Notes: generated by a model from the sequence alone, not told the origin. Shown: positions 1-14,058, counted from the stretch's first letter. The stretch: DNA of 64,000 bases from Octopus sinensis (GCF_006345805.1 NC_043017.1:13454001-13518000), one strand, 5' to 3'. Program-made: numbers and translations.

Positions 1-380
1 ACCCAAAATCATGAAATTTTTCCAGCATTCCTCTCCTGTGCCGGTGACACATAAAAAACACCCACTACACTGAGGAAGTGGTTGGCGTTAGGAAGGGCAT
101 CCAGCTGTAGAAACACTGCCAAATCAGACTGGAGCCTGGTGCAGCCTCCATGGCTTACCAGACCCCGGTTGAACCGTCCAACCCATGCCAGCACGGAAAA
201 CAGACGTATGATGATGATATATAAAGATATCTACTTCTGATGAGTACTGGGTTACATAATTGGACTGTTATCTAGCACTCTGTTGAACTCCCCAGGGCAA
301 AACTAATTGGCAAGATCGGTCATAATTGAAGTATAATACTGTACACTTTGATTAATATATGTATATATATATATATATAT

Positions 381-858
381 TTCTTTACTACCCACAAGGG
401 GCTAAACACAGAGGGGACAAACAAGGACAGACAAAGGGATTAAGTCGATTATATCGACCCCAGTGCGTAACTGGTACTTAATTTATCGACCCCGAAAGGA
501 TGAAAGGCAAAGTCGACCTCGGCGGAATTTGAACTCGGAACACAACGACAGACGAAATACGGCTACGAATTTCGCCCGGCGTGCTAACGTTTCTGCCAGC
601 TCATATATAAGACAAAAATGATGAAGGAATAAGCTTTTTTATTTTTTTTACTACCCACAAGGAGCTAAACACAGAGGACAAACAAGGATAGACAAACGGA
701 TTAAGTTGACCCCAGTGCGTAACTGGTACTTAATTTATCGACCCCGAAAGGATGAAAGGCAAAGTCGACCTCGGCGGAATTTGAACTCTGAACGTAACGG
801 CAGATGAAATACGGCTACGCATTTCACCCGGCGTGCTAACGTTTCTGCCAGCTCGCCA
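381..858 (-). mobile_element. Two tandem copies of tRNA-derived SINE family A
   Basis: Each copy has a GAGCTGGCAGAAACGTTAGC head, a B-box GAGTTCAAATTCC and a GCCTTTCATCCTTTCGGGGTCGATAAATTAAGTACCAG centre (Deu/Nin-domain-like, from memory). Confidence 0.85.
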
Positions 859-2884
859 GAATAAGCTACTATGCAGTGAAGTTCATTACATAGTTTCTTG
901 TTCCCTTGTCATTTATCTCTTATTATGCTCTGTACTTGACTAATGCTTATTTTTCTGAAGAATATGTGTATTGAGTTCTAACACTAGGTTATTAATATCG
1001 CTATGCCTAAGCAATAAACAAATATATATATATATATATATAATATATATATATATATAGATGCCACACATATACACATTGGCAAGATAATTGCCAATAA
1101 ACTGGTGCATCAAACAGAAATAGCTCATGGTATTTATTCCACCTGAGTTGCACAGCAGGTGCTCTTTTATTAGTCTCAGCATCAGAAATTTCATGAGTGA
1201 ATGATTAGCCCATTAGAAACTAACAACCAATATCACTGCTGTCCCCCAAAATGTATTATACCTAAAGAATATATATCTACAAAAATATCTATTTACAGCA
1301 ACGCTAATTAACCAAATACAGACAGATACATTATTCCAAAAGACCATAATGAAGGGGGGGGGTTCTTCGTTTTACTTGGTTATCTCAATTACTAAACTTG
1401 ATAATGTATACAGATATGTATCTTATCTTTTGGTATAATATGTTTTAAAAAGGTTAAGAATTTCAAATGCAATGAGAGAATCCCATGTTGTTAGTAAATA
1501 TCAGTGACTTTAGAGACTTTTAACCTATTGAGTTGCTTCTTTCCTGTATCTGTAGTTGATGGGGGTAGGTATTGTCTTGCAGTAGCTTTTAGTGTTTTTA
1601 TTCTACTTCAAAGTTCAGCATAAGCTTATGGAAAACAAATATTACTCAATATTCTATGTTCTCTTTTAAGATTATTAATTAGTATTATTAAGGTGGTTAG
1701 CTGGCAGAATCATTAGCACACCTGGCAAACTGTTTAATGGCATTTTGTCCATCTTTATGTTCTGAGTTCTAATTCCACCAAGGTCAGCTTTGCCTTTCAT
1801 CCTTTCAAGGTTAATAAAATAGGCTCCAGTTGAATACTAGAGTTGATGTAATCAACTACCCCTTCCCCAAATCACTGGCCTTGTGCCAAAATTAGTAAAA
1901 ATTATTATTATTATTATTATTACTATCATATTATTATTAAGGCAGTGAACTGGCAAAATCATCAGCCTGGCAAAATGTTTAGCAGCATTTCGTCTGTCTG
2001 AGTTCTAATTCTGCTGAGGTCAACTTTCATCCTCCCAGGGTCAATAAAATAAGTACCAGTTGAACACTGAAGTCAATGTAATTGATTTATCCCTTCCACC
2101 AAGATTGCTGGCCTAGTGCCAAAATTTGAAGCCATTATTATTATTATTATTGAGTGAGAGAGCAGTGCATGCCATCAAATTGGCACTGGAGTACAAATAT
2201 ACAAAGCCCAGTATACCCATCATGACTACCCATCTGATTAGGGTACACCAGGCACATGCAACACAATCATATGTGCATGACATATCAAGATAAACAGCAC
2301 ATGACCTTGCAGGTGGGGCCCAGCAGAATCAAAACCACCCAGAAACCGTATCTCTTTCTCCAGCACCTTACTCTTCAGTTTTTCACAGTTACCTTACCAC
2401 CTTACTTTGCTGTTTTACCTGGCTTCTCTCTCTTCGTTCAATCATCATCATCATCATTTAACATTCATTCTCTATACTGGCATGGGTTGGATGGTTTGAC
2501 AGGAGCTGGCCAGCCAGAGAGTTGCCCAGGCTCCAGTTGTCTGTTTTGGCATGGTTTCTATGGCTTGATGCTCTTCCTAACACACACACCCACAGACCTC
2601 CTAGACTGCATCCCGAGAAAGCTTACTCAACTAATAATCAACATGAAGTCACACACTAGGCTACAAACGAGCTGTGTCCTCTCTCTGTCATTTTTTACTG
2701 CTACTATAATGGCCTTTGTTCCCCAAGGTTTGTTGGTCTCATGTCATCTCCATTTAGGCACTCCCAACTGACTTAGATCTTGCACTAATCACTATTTCTA
2801 GTTCTTTCTTCCAAGAATATTGACCCTCGGGATTTCCCTCCCAGTACTTGTCTTTCTCAAAATCCTTGACCAGCACCAGTTTAG

Positions 2885-3105
2885 CCCTTTAGTGTTCGCA
2901 TTATTCTACCAAAATTAATGCTTTTTCATCCACATTGCCTTGAACTAATCAGGCATTATCTTGTAGCTTTGAGGTTTTGATGAGGTAGCTGTTAATTTTT
3001 AAAGCGATATTGTAGGGTTGGTGTGAGAGACCAGATCTGGCCAGTTTGAACATAAAACAGGCAGAATACTTTTGGCCGGATATGGCCGGTTTAAATGCTA
3101 AAGGG
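2885..3105 (+). mobile_element. piggyBac-type MITE (family P1)
   Basis: Ends CCCTTTAG.../...CTAAAGGG with TTAG/TTAA flanks; close match to 49294-49513. Confidence 0.7.
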
Positions 3106-4727
3106 TTAAGCAGAACACCCACTAAGCATTTTGTCTAATGCTTTAAAGATTCTGCCACCTTACCATTCCAATAACAACAACGACAACAACAACAATAATA
3201 ATAATAATAATGATGATACCAACAACAATGATTTCAAATTTTGGCACAAGGCCAGCAATTTCAAGGGTGGGGTGTAGGTCGATTACATTGACCCCCAGTG
3301 CTCAACTGGTACTAATTTTATCAACACCAAAAGGACGAAAAGCAAAGATGACCTTGGTGGAATTTGACCTCAGAATGTAAAGTTGGAAAAAAGCCACTAA
3401 GCATTTTCTCCAGTGCAGTAACAATTTCACCAGCTTGCTGCCTTAATAATAATAATAATATCTGTTTCAATGCAAATAACAAGCTGATACTAATCTGTTG
3501 GTACTGCTCAGTTTAGTTTCTAGAAAGCATCCACTTGCAAAACCTTCTCTTCCCGCCATCAACAAAGCAAACTTTAATTTTCTTTTTTTGTTTTGTTTAT
3601 ATATTTTTAGCAAACTCTTGCTAGGTTGCTGCCACATTTCATTCTATGAAATTGGAAGGTTCTGAAACTTGAAACTAAAAAAAAAAAAAATTAACAACCT
3701 GTGTTACTGGAAATACCTTGTTCTGTGTCAGGAATGCAACAAGAATGATATGCAACAATTGTGAGTACGTCTGTGTGTTTGCTTCTGTGTGCATATGTAC
3801 AGAGGGGGGGGGAACAAAAAAAAAAACAAAAACAAACAATCATATGTTGAGGTTTGGCAAGTTTCCAATTGTACTCTTAATATTCGCAATTTACGTTTGC
3901 TCAACTTCCTACCCTCCCCCTCTCTCTCTCTCTTTCTGTCTAACTTTCCCCCCACCCCACCCCACCCCACCCTATGCTGTGTTGCTACACAAGTTTGTTG
4001 TGGTTGTTATACAACCCTAGACCAGACCCAGTCAAGTAGACCTGTGATCAAACAGTATCCCAGTCATGGCCATCCTGTCTTTTATTGTCTTTTGGTTATA
4101 GTCTACAAACAACTGTATTTACCAACACATTTTTCTCTACCATGCCTTTAGGTTTTTAAAGACAGTAAGGATGTCTTAATTATGTAACCTAATGGTTACA
4201 GTTTGGGGTTCATGACCATAAAATCATAAGTTCAATTCCTGGGCCAGACAGTATGTTATGTCCTTGAGCAACGTACTTCATTTCACATTGGTCCAGTTTA
4301 CTCAACTGAAAATGAGCAGCAGTCTAGTGCAGCTCTCCTTCCCTCCAGCTGTTGCATCCTTGATACCCCATTCGGTCAAGGGTGTATGAGGGCTGACAAG
4401 ATGTATATATCTGCTCATAACTTCACAGATACCTAATACAATTAGAAAAACCATGGTGCATGCTTCCAAGTCATTATTGCTAGCAAGAGAACAGCTACCA
4501 TATTTAAACAATATTTAAGAGATGTAATTTGAGGGAGATTTGGTTGCTATTTCTACCAGTTCCAATGATCACAATAAGAGTCATTTGCTTGTTGGCTCAT
4601 CACCAATTACCATATTTTCCAATATATAACAAGTTGAATTTTTCAGACCAAAAATTTACAGCCAAAAATGATAGGTTAACTTATACATGAAGACAACTTT
4701 GGGGGATATAAATTTTTTTTTATTTAT

Positions 4728-5025
4728 GCGCCCTTTTCAAGTCTAGCCAGGTTCATGGGCCTGGTTTCCCGGTTTCTGTGGCATATGTGTTCCCCCCTGT
4801 TGGATGGGACGCCAGTCCATTGCAGCGTTACTCAAGAAACAAGAAGAGAGAGAGTGAGAGAAAGTTGGGGCGAAAGAGTACAACAGGGGTTGCCACCACC
4901 CCCTTTCGGAGCCTCGTGGAGCTTTAGGTATTTTTGCTCAATAAACACACACAATGCCCGGTCTGGGAATCGAAACCGCGATCCCCCGACCGTGAGTCTG
5001 CTGCCCTAACCACTGAACCATTGCA
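4728..5025 (-). mobile_element. tRNA-derived SINE family C (tail type 3)
   Basis: Head CAGTGGTTAGGGCAGC...GGTTTCGATTCCCAGACC; tail contains GGACTGGCGTCCCATCC. Confidence 0.75.
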
Positions 5026-5791
5026 GAGGGAATATAAAGCTCCTAATGAAATGAAGCAGGATTTAAAAAGATAGTGACAATGTTTGAATGCTTACACTAT
5101 AAAATAAATTTATTTGTACACCTGAAAATATGATAGTTTGCAATAGATATGGTTGCTGATAATGTTGATGCCCCTCCACTACCACTTTGGTGGACCCAAA
5201 AACCAAATTGTTCCATCTGACATTATCTGGGCTTTTGCTTATAAACAGTGAATTGCATTAACCCTCATATTCTTCCATTTGTTTTTCTTTTAAAGACAAG
5301 AATTTTTGAAGACAGAATTACCAGAATCATTAGAGTATTAGACAAAACCCCTGCAAGTATTGATCCTGTCTCTTTTGCCTTCTGAGTTCAAATCTTGCTA
5401 AAGCTAATTTTGAATTTGATTTTTCTAGGGAGCCAATAAAATACAATTCCAATACAAGACAATATATTGGTGGAATTGTTGGAATCTTGGACAAAATGTT
5501 TTGGAGTATTTATGTTCTGATTTCTAAATTGTCTGGCAATTAGGAGAGGTGGTCATGCCCAGAACGTTTTGAACAAAAGGATGGTGGGGAAAGATATCTT
5601 AGGGGAATTAAACATTATTCCATTGCTCCAGTCACACAGAAAAATTATCTCATGAGAATATTTCACATTTTTTGTGTTTTTGAAGAGTTTGTGAGCCACT
5701 TGCTTAATCCTTCTCCATTTATGGACAAAGGGATGCAGCTTGCAGTCTTGTGTTCTTTGATGACCCTTCTTCAAAGCACTATGTAGTCAGT

Positions 5792-5822
<31 letters not shown>

Positions 5823-6831
5823 TGAATGAAAGCCACTACTTCATTACTATTATTTTATCTATTGACTCTGAAAATGAAATTTAGGCAATACTGGTCTCAG
5901 TTGGATTTGAACTCAGAATGTAAAGAACCAGAGCAATTACTTACTACAAGACATGTGTCTGATTCTCTAATGACTCTTCCAGTTCCCTGCTTTTGTCTAA
6001 AAATATTTTATATAGAATACGTGGTTCACTTTTATGAAGTAGGCATACTAGATGACAGTGTAACAATTTTGGTGGAACCATAGATTTAAAAACAACCAAT
6101 AACATACTCAGTAGTTGCCACTGTTTATTATCTGCCTTACTGTCTATGTTCTATATTGTATGAGATTGAATAAATATAGCCTAAGCATTTCTGATTCCAT
6201 CACTCTTCTTTTAAGTAATAATGGCAAATTCATAGCTGAATCAATTTCTAGAGAAATTCTTTCATGCTGGTGATGTTCTGTTGGGTCAGGATGAACCCAG
6301 CATCTGTTGTGGAGAAGTGATATATTATATCTTAGCCAGATTACCATTTCTGACCAACATCCAAAAGCTGACACAACAATATTATATTATGTCTATTTGT
6401 AGTAAAGCATGAATTAACTTACTAAAGATTTTCTATGTAAAATGATATTGAGACATTTATAAGCACCAACCTTAGGCAGGAAAGAGAAAGAGAACCGAAG
6501 TTTGGAGAGAGAAAACGATAAACAATGTTTGTGAGTTGACTGAGTGGCTATAAACAGAAGTTTGAAATGAAGATGTACAGAAGTTTCTATGGCAGGATTA
6601 GATAGAAGATAGAACGATACGAATAAACACTAAAAACACCTTGTATTTGTACAAGGAGGAATGTTTGACAGTTATTAACATAACAAAAATTACAAGAAGG
6701 TGGTCGGACAAAGTGTAAACACCTGTGCTGCTACTTAAGATGGATCTCAGCTATGAAGATACCATTATCGCTTAGAAGAAAGGTAATGGAATCATAAATA
6801 TTAATACTACATTTAGTCTGTTTTATATAAT

Positions 6832-7229
6832 TTACTCTTTTACTTGTTTCAGTCATTTGACTGCGGCCATGCTGGAGCACCGCCTTTAGTCGAGCAACTC
6901 GACCCCGGGACTTATTCTTTGTAAGCCCAGTACTTATTCTATCGTCTCTTTTGCCAAACCGCTAAGTGACGGGGACGTAAACACACCAGCATCGGTTGTC
7001 AAGCAATGCTAGGGGGACAAACACAGACACACAAACATACAGACACATATATATATACATATATACGACAGGCTTCTTTCAGTTTCCATCTACTAAATCC
7101 ACTCACGAGGCATTGGTTGGCTCGAGGCTATAGCAAAAGACACTTGCCCAAGATGCCACGAGGTGGGACTGAACCCGGAACCATGTGGTTGGTAAGCAAG
7201 CTACTTACCACACAGCCACTCCTGCACCT
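6832..7229 (-). mobile_element. tRNA-derived SINE family B (CORE-like centre)
   Basis: Head GGAGTGGCTGTGTGGTAAG, B-box GGTTCAGTCCC, GGCACCTTGGGCAAGTGTC centre, internal (TA/TG)n and GAGTAAA tail. Confidence 0.85.
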
Positions 7230-7520
7230 ACTGTACAACATATACAATAAAGTAGATAATAAATTGAGATTGACTAGATTATTGATCGTTTGGTAGATTT
7301 TTGATTTCATCATAGATGCCACACTTTGGTTCAACATTGCTTTGCGGAAATGCATTGTCGTCCTTGTCATCGTCATCATCAAATTTATTTAACATCTATA
7401 TTTCATGCTGGCATGGGTTGGATGGTTTGACAAGGAGCTGACAAGCCAGAGGACTGTGCCAAGCTCCAGTATTTGCTTTGGCATCGTTTCTAAGGTTGAT
7501 GCTCTTCCTTATGTCATACC

Positions 7521-7937
7521 TATTTCTCTACTACCCACAAGGGGCTAAACACAGAGGGGACAAACAAGAACAGACAAACGGATTAAGTCGATTGCATCGA
7601 CCCCAGTGCGTAACTAGTACTTAATTTATCGACCCCGAAAGGATGAAAGGCAAAGTCGACCTCGGCAGAATTTGAACTCAGAACGTAGTGGCAGACGAAA
7701 TACCTATTTCTTTATTGCCCACAAGGGGCTAAACACAGAGGGGACAAACAAGGACAGACAAACGGATTAAGTCGATTACATCGACCCCAGTGCGTAACTG
7801 GTACTTAATTAATTGACCCCGAAAGGATGAAAGGCAAAGTCGACCTCGGCGGAATTTGAACTCAGAACGTAACGGCAGACGAAATACGGCTACGCATTTC
7901 GCCCGGTGTGCTAACGTTTCTGCCAGCTTGCCACCTT
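7521..7937 (-). mobile_element. SINE family A 1.7-mer with a 9-bp TSD
   Basis: A full copy plus a headless second copy, flanked by TGTCATACC at 7512-7520 and 7938-7946. Confidence 0.85.
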
Positions 7938-8234
7938 TGTCATACCACTTTACAGGGTGTACTGGATGCTTTTTTTCGTTGCACTGGTGCTAGTGAGGTC
8001 ACCAAGCAACTCACGAAACAAGACCTATTGAGAGAATGGGATGCAGTTTGAGGGAGGTGGCCTTTATACCAGGTGTTGAGAGGTTAAAGTATGATAAAGA
8101 GACAGGAACAGGTGTCTTGTAGTGAAAGAGATACATGATTATTCCAGTTGGAAAAAGAGAGATGGTGATGAAGAGGTATCTGGATATATCTTCAACTTAC
8201 AGGAAAGTGAGTATTAAAAGTACTTTATATAGAA

Positions 8235-8634
8235 CTAGCAGTATCGCCCGGTGTTGCTCGGGTTTGTAAGGGAAATAACTATATAAGCATTTTTAGAGAG
8301 TTAATAGCCAAAAAATAGCAAATAAAATGCATTAAAAATGGAAAAAAAATGATGGTAAATTTTTTTTTAAATCGTTGACTCATTGTAGACATTTTTAGAG
8401 AGTTACTTCCCTTATATAATAGCGAAAAAATGCATTAAAGTGGAAAAAAATGATGGTAAATTATTTTTAAAATTGTAGACTCATCGTAGACGCGCACTAA
8501 TACCCAGAAGGGCTCGATATGAATGACGACTATAAGATACCCGGTTTTGGTTACACTGCACCGCAAAATGTGGGAGTAGTTAGGAATCTAAATCGTAGGA
8601 GACAGACACACAACCTTTCTTTTATATATAAAGA
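8235..8634 (-). mobile_element. Non-autonomous Helitron
   Basis: On minus: 5' TC, 3' CCCGAGCAACACCGGG hairpin plus CTAG, inserted between A and T, no TSD; contains an internal ~100-bp tandem duplication. Confidence 0.8.
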
Positions 8635-10314
8635 TATATTTAGATAAAAATAGCAAATCAGAGCTTCAGACAATGCCTTGTGGCAATTGTTATGACTATA
8701 TATATTGTGAGTTTAAATCCTGATATGGCCATCTTTGCTTTCATCCTTCTTGCATTGATAAATAAAATAGCAATGAAGTAATGGTTTCTTTTCTATTTCT
8801 TCCCCTTGCCCCTTTCACTTGCTCTCTCTTTCTCATTGTCCCAAAATCAGTTCCTAGATTTACGTATTGCATCTCAAAGATCCTCCTTCTCAACAGAGAG
8901 GGAGAAAAACAGAGTGATTAACAAACTACGTAGTTTCACTACGCAATAAGCAACAAATACTATAATATTTAACCAACAATACAGTGGCTTTCACCACATA
9001 CTGAGTAATAATAATAGCATAATAGTTATGATGAGAACAAGTCATTAGATCTAGTTTCTTTTCGTCATATTTTCCCCAAAAATAGAGAACAGATAGAAAG
9101 CTTCTGACACAGCATCTATTTAGCTCAATATTTTCTCCTTGTTTTCATTTCGCTTTGTGAAAAAACACCAACAGCAACAACAAAAACTACCTGACTAGCA
9201 TGAACAACTCTGACAAGCAAAATGCAAAAAAAGTGAGAACTTTTGTAACAGGCACCAGGTGACAAAGCAGTCACTATCTCTCTCATAGCTGAGCGAACAA
9301 TGATGGAGCTTGAAGTTGTGGGGGGGCTGAGAGAGAAATTGGGCGTGAATATGTATATGCATGTATGATAAGAATCATTGCGTAAATTTAGAAATAGAAT
9401 TAGTAACACATTTTAGCAAAGTATTATTGCAGTTCATCATTTGTTTTTGTATTTGTTTTGCAAGATTCTTGTGAAATTGTGCATTAAAGCAGATGTTATA
9501 CCTTGGGAGGGTCATTCTGCCAATAAAACTCACACGCTGATTATTTTTGATGAAAAGACTTTGACCCAACTGACTGATGTGTGTGTGTGATAGAGAGGAA
9601 GGAGAGACAAGGCAGAGGGTTTGTGGGAAAAAGGGGGACTGAAAGAATGGGAATATGTAAGGAAGGAAGCAACAAAAGGGTGGGAGAGAGAGAGATTGGG
9701 GACAGATAGGAGAGGAAGAAAAAAATGAATATTGGTGTTTGAGTAAAATCTTAGAAAACAGATTGAACAGAATTGCACCAGTATAGTGTATATAAGAAAT
9801 AGTTTTGACATAATCAAATGAAATACACAGAGAGATATGAGAAGGGGCAAAGACGATATTGGAAAATTTATTTTGAAAATATTAAAAGAAAATTTTTAAA
9901 AAAAGGAGCTTGGCAATAAGAAAAGAAGGGAAAAATGGTTTGCATATATATTTTCTAAAAGATTCTTTAAATCTATGGAATGGTGTAGATTCTATGTAGA
10001 AAGTAATCTCAGATTTTAACAGACATATCTTCAAAAGATTTTTAAAATTGTGTTTTTTCAGTATGTTTTCGAATGTTTAAATCTTCATTGGTTCTTTTCA
10101 TACAACCATAAATAGATTACTGTCTTTTCATATGATTATTAAATATAGAATTATACATGTGAATACAAAAATTAAAAATACCAGGTATTTGTCTTTGGTG
10201 CATAAAATAAATATGTAACACACACACACATCTGAATACAAAAATGTCTAAATTAAAAGACTTTTTCACACAAGAATAGTTTTGGAAATAATATGAAATA
10301 AACTATATGTAGGC

Positions 10315-10570
10315 ACATGGCTTAGTGGTAGGTTGTTGCACTCACAATCGCTAGATCGTGGATTCAATTCTCAGGCCAGGTGGCACATTGTGTTCCTGAG
10401 CAAAACACTTCATTTCACATTGCTCCAGTCCTGTTTTCGATTGGTGGGGATTGTTGGACTGTCCACCTAACCAGTGGGATGGCATCATTCGAAGGCTAAA
10501 ATGATGCAAAGCACATTGTGACCAGCGATGTGTAACATCTGATAGTCTGGTTGGGCATGTGATCACTCAC
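10315..10570 (+). mobile_element. tRNA-derived SINE family E head with tail type 2
   Basis: GGCTTAGTGG...TGTGTTCCTGAGCAAAACACTT body plus tail type 2. Confidence 0.65.
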
Positions 10571-11471
10571 ATGATGAAATAAACTAAATTAAAAAATGTC
10601 AGTCTTTGACTTTTTTTACCCTTTATCATATAATCAGGAGGATTATGCTCATGACCTGCTGCAAGGCCTACAAAACTGGTGGGAAGGAGGAATGGTGGAG
10701 ACTTTATTAAAGATACTCAAGTCGCCAGCTTGTAGTATTAAACCAAATAATGGAATAACTCTTCAATTGAAGGAGGTTCAGGTGGGATTTGAACCCAGAA
10801 CTAAGAGGTATGGACATATCCTGCAAGGTATCTAGCCTAACATTCTTACAGTTCCATCAGTCTGCCATCCTAGATTTGTACACATTTTATCAACCCCTGA
10901 AGTGATGAAAAGCAAAGTTGACCGTAGCAGGATTTGAGCTCAGAACACTGGCATATGCATAAAAAAGAGAAGCAAAGAAAATTTGAACGCCATCACAAAA
11001 ATTACACCTTGACACATCCTTCAATTAAACTAAAAAATTAAAATATTTTGAAAGTTAGACTTTAATCCCTGTTTAAAAATAAAATATTAAAATATCTTAA
11101 ACCCTGACATTAAATAGAAAATGTAAATAGAAAGTTTAAAAGACATTATTAGATAATTGTTTTCATTCATTTAGTTTATGAAAGATAAACATGTGCTGTT
11201 TACGTGCATAGCCTTATAGAGTTTCATGGCAAAAGGACCAGTGAAAAAAACGGCAGTCTTTATATGGTTGTGTGGAAAGAACCAATGAAAAAATAGGACA
11301 TTTGAAGCATTTGTTATCTGGAGTAATACAAAAGTCCACCCACCAAAAATGAAAGGTATTTTATGATTATCTTTATACTGTTTATGAAAAAGTTTTCCTA
11401 CTAGTAATCAGTTACCTGACATGTGAGAAATACCAGCCAGATCTCCTTCAAATAACACTTTACTATCATAA

Positions 11472-11678
11472 CCCTCTAGCATTCAGATTTCACTGCCAAA
11501 TGTAATGCTTATTTATTCACATTGTTTTGAATTAATCATGAATTATCTCAGAGCTTCAAGATTTCAACAGTGGGATTATTTATTTTTACAATGACGTAAT
11601 AGGGTTGGTGTAAGAGGCCAGATCTAGCTGGTTTCAACATAAAGCATGTTCAATATGGCCAGTTTAAATGCTAAAGGG
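11472..11678 (+). mobile_element. piggyBac-type MITE (P1-related)
   Basis: CCCTCTAGCATT...AATGCTAAAGGG with degenerate TTAA flanks. Confidence 0.6.
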
Positions 11679-12672
11679 TTATAAAAAATTCTTTTAAAAA
11701 GACCATGGATAATGTTATCCTAGATACTATATCTGATGAGATGGTCATTGGTGAAATGTCTTTCCCTGCTGACATGGGTTTATTTGAGCTATCACAGCCC
11801 AAGTTATTTCCTATTGTGAGTTATTATTGCCTTCCTAGACGAGTCAGGAGACCATCTCTTTCTTGTACATTCCATTTTTGGTATGGTTTCTTTGGCTGGA
11901 TTTCTTTGCCTAACACCAACTCCCTTCTCACTGTGTGCACAGAGTACTTTTTATCATGGTACCAGCATTAGAGAGGGTGTCTTGACTTTGGCAAAACAAG
12001 AAAATTTACTCAGCCTTATACTGTCTATTTCTTCCCTACCCACTTTACAGTATGCACTGGCTGTGTGTGTGTGTCTGCATATAAATAATTGTCATTCAGT
12101 TTACAATTTCCTATTTATATAATTATTATTATAAGCCAGGCATTCTGCAGCTGTGCACCCTGCATTAATATTATGCACCAAAGATAGGGCAATGAGGTGT
12201 GTATGTTTGTATACCACAGCAAGTAGTAATTAATATCTAAAGAGGTTTTTTGTTTATATATTTTCTAATAGGATGCCAACAGAGCTTTCCTTCTTATATA
12301 ATTCATTAATATGCCATTTGGAGTCAAGGAAGTGTGTGTGTGTGAGTGAGAGAGAGAGAGAGAGAGAGAGAGATTAATTGAAATACTGAGATAGCTAACA
12401 AATTATTCTGTTTTTATATTGTTTATGCTATTATACTCCACTCATTAAAATAGTAATCTAATTCATTTTAATGAAAATGAGATAATATTTGTGGCATTTT
12501 CTTTTGTTTTGTTTTTTAATCAACAAATATAGAATCGTTATTCTATAAGTTATTGTTTACAATAACAGATGGCAGCTATATAAGACTAAGTGCGTAAGTG
12601 ACGTTGAGAGAAAATGCAAATATTGGTATTTCAGACTCTTCTTTACAAAGAATTTTATGTGAAATTATACAC

Positions 12673-13315
12673 AGGCATAGGAGTGGCTGTGCGGTAAGTA
12701 GCTTGCTTACCTACCACATAGCTCTGGGTTCAGTCCCACTGCATGGAACCTTGGGCAAGTGTCTTCTACTATAGCCTTGGGTCAACCAAAGTCAGCCCTG
12801 ATCCTGTACATCAGTTTTCAAATCTCAGGTTAGCAAACCCAATTCAACAGGCCCCTGATTAAATCCCAGATCAGTCCTCATCAAGTAAATCATAGATCAA
12901 CTCTCATGTAAACCCTAATCCAATAACCCTATGATCAAAGACATTTCTGCCATAACCATGCAGGTTCAGTCCCATTGCGTGGCACCTTGGGCAAGTGTCT
13001 TCTACTATAGCCTCAGGCTGACCAAAGCCTTGTGAGTGGATTTGGTAGACGGAAACTGAAAGAAGCCCGTCGTATATATGTATATATATATGTGTATGTG
13101 TGTGCATATGTTTGTGTGTCTGTGTTTGTCTCCTCAACATCACTTGACAACCGATGCTGGTGTGTTTACATCCCTGTAACTTAGCGGTATGGCAAAAGAG
13201 GCCGATAGAATAAGTACCAGGCTTGCAAAAAATAAGTTCTGGGTCGATTTGCTCAACTAAAGGCAGTGCTCCTGGATGGCCACAGTCAAATGACTGAAAC
13301 AAGTAAAAGAGTAAA
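12673..13315 (+). mobile_element. SINE family B interrupted by a 178-bp templated insertion
   Basis: SINE sequence at 12673-12790 and 12963-13315 with a partly repeated segment. Confidence 0.75.
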
Positions 13316-13365
13316 ACTGTAAATACTATAACTATTCCAACATAGCAGAAACCGGAGATCCTTTT

Positions 13366-14058
13366 AATCTTTTAGATTTCAGATTACTTTGTCAAATGTA
13401 ATGCTTATATATTCACAGCATTTTGACTTAATCATGCATTATCCTGTAGCCTCAAGATTTCAGTGACATCATCATCATCGTCTAACGTCCGTTTCCCATG
13501 CTAGCATGGGTTGGACGGTTCGACCAGGGTCTGAGAAGCCAGGAGGCTGCACCAGGCTCCAGTCTGATCTGGCAGTGTTTCTACAGCTGATGCCCTTCCT
13601 AATGCCAACCACTCCGTGAGTGTAGTGGGTGCTTTTTATGTGCCACCAGCACAGGTGCCAGGGGAGGCTGGCAGCAGCCACGATCAGTTGGTGCTTTTTA
13701 CGTGCCACCGGAACAGAAGCCAGTCAAGGTGGTGCTGGCATCGGCCACATTCGGATGGTGCTTTTTACGTGCCACCAGCACAGGTATCACAACTACAATT
13801 TCCATTTGATATTTATTTTGATGTTGATGTGCTTGACTCAATAGGTCTCCTCAAGCACAGCAGGTCACCCTACGATCCAAGGTAAGCACAGCAGGTTGTT
13901 CTGCAATCCAAGGTACTTTGGATGTGCTGGGGCTATGTGAAACTGGTGCAGGAAACAGCCATGAACTTACAATATTTGCTGAGGCCTGATGTAGGCAGTT
14001 TTAACATAAAACAAATAGAATACTCAGGCCAGATATAGCTGGTTTAAATGCTAAAGGG
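13366..14058 (+). mobile_element. P1-related MITE split by a nested (GAT)-tailed retroelement
   Basis: The MITE 5' half (to about 13447) and 3' half (about 13970-14058, ending CTAAAGGG|TTAA) are separated by the 13448-13960 insertion. Confidence 0.6.
13448..13960 (-). mobile_element. (GAT)n-tailed short retroelement family D
   Basis: GTGGTTGGCATTAGGAAGGGCATC...CCAACCCATGCTAGCATGG..ACGGACGTTA(GAT)n. Other copies at about 61-218, 2447-2580, 7370-8210, 14978-15345, 18050-18300, 18940-19080, 33292-33560, 40766-41063, 46230-46500, 51440-51640 and 56600-56750. Confidence 0.8.

Noticed and set aside
236-310. CTGATGAG possible hammerhead core
   Set aside because: No stem II or GAAA at a suitable distance.
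3735-3770. Plus-strand mini-exon candidate (tcag|...|gtgagt); a similar one at 23647-23680
   Set aside because: No recognisable peptide and no other plus-strand exons; expected by chance in 64 kb.
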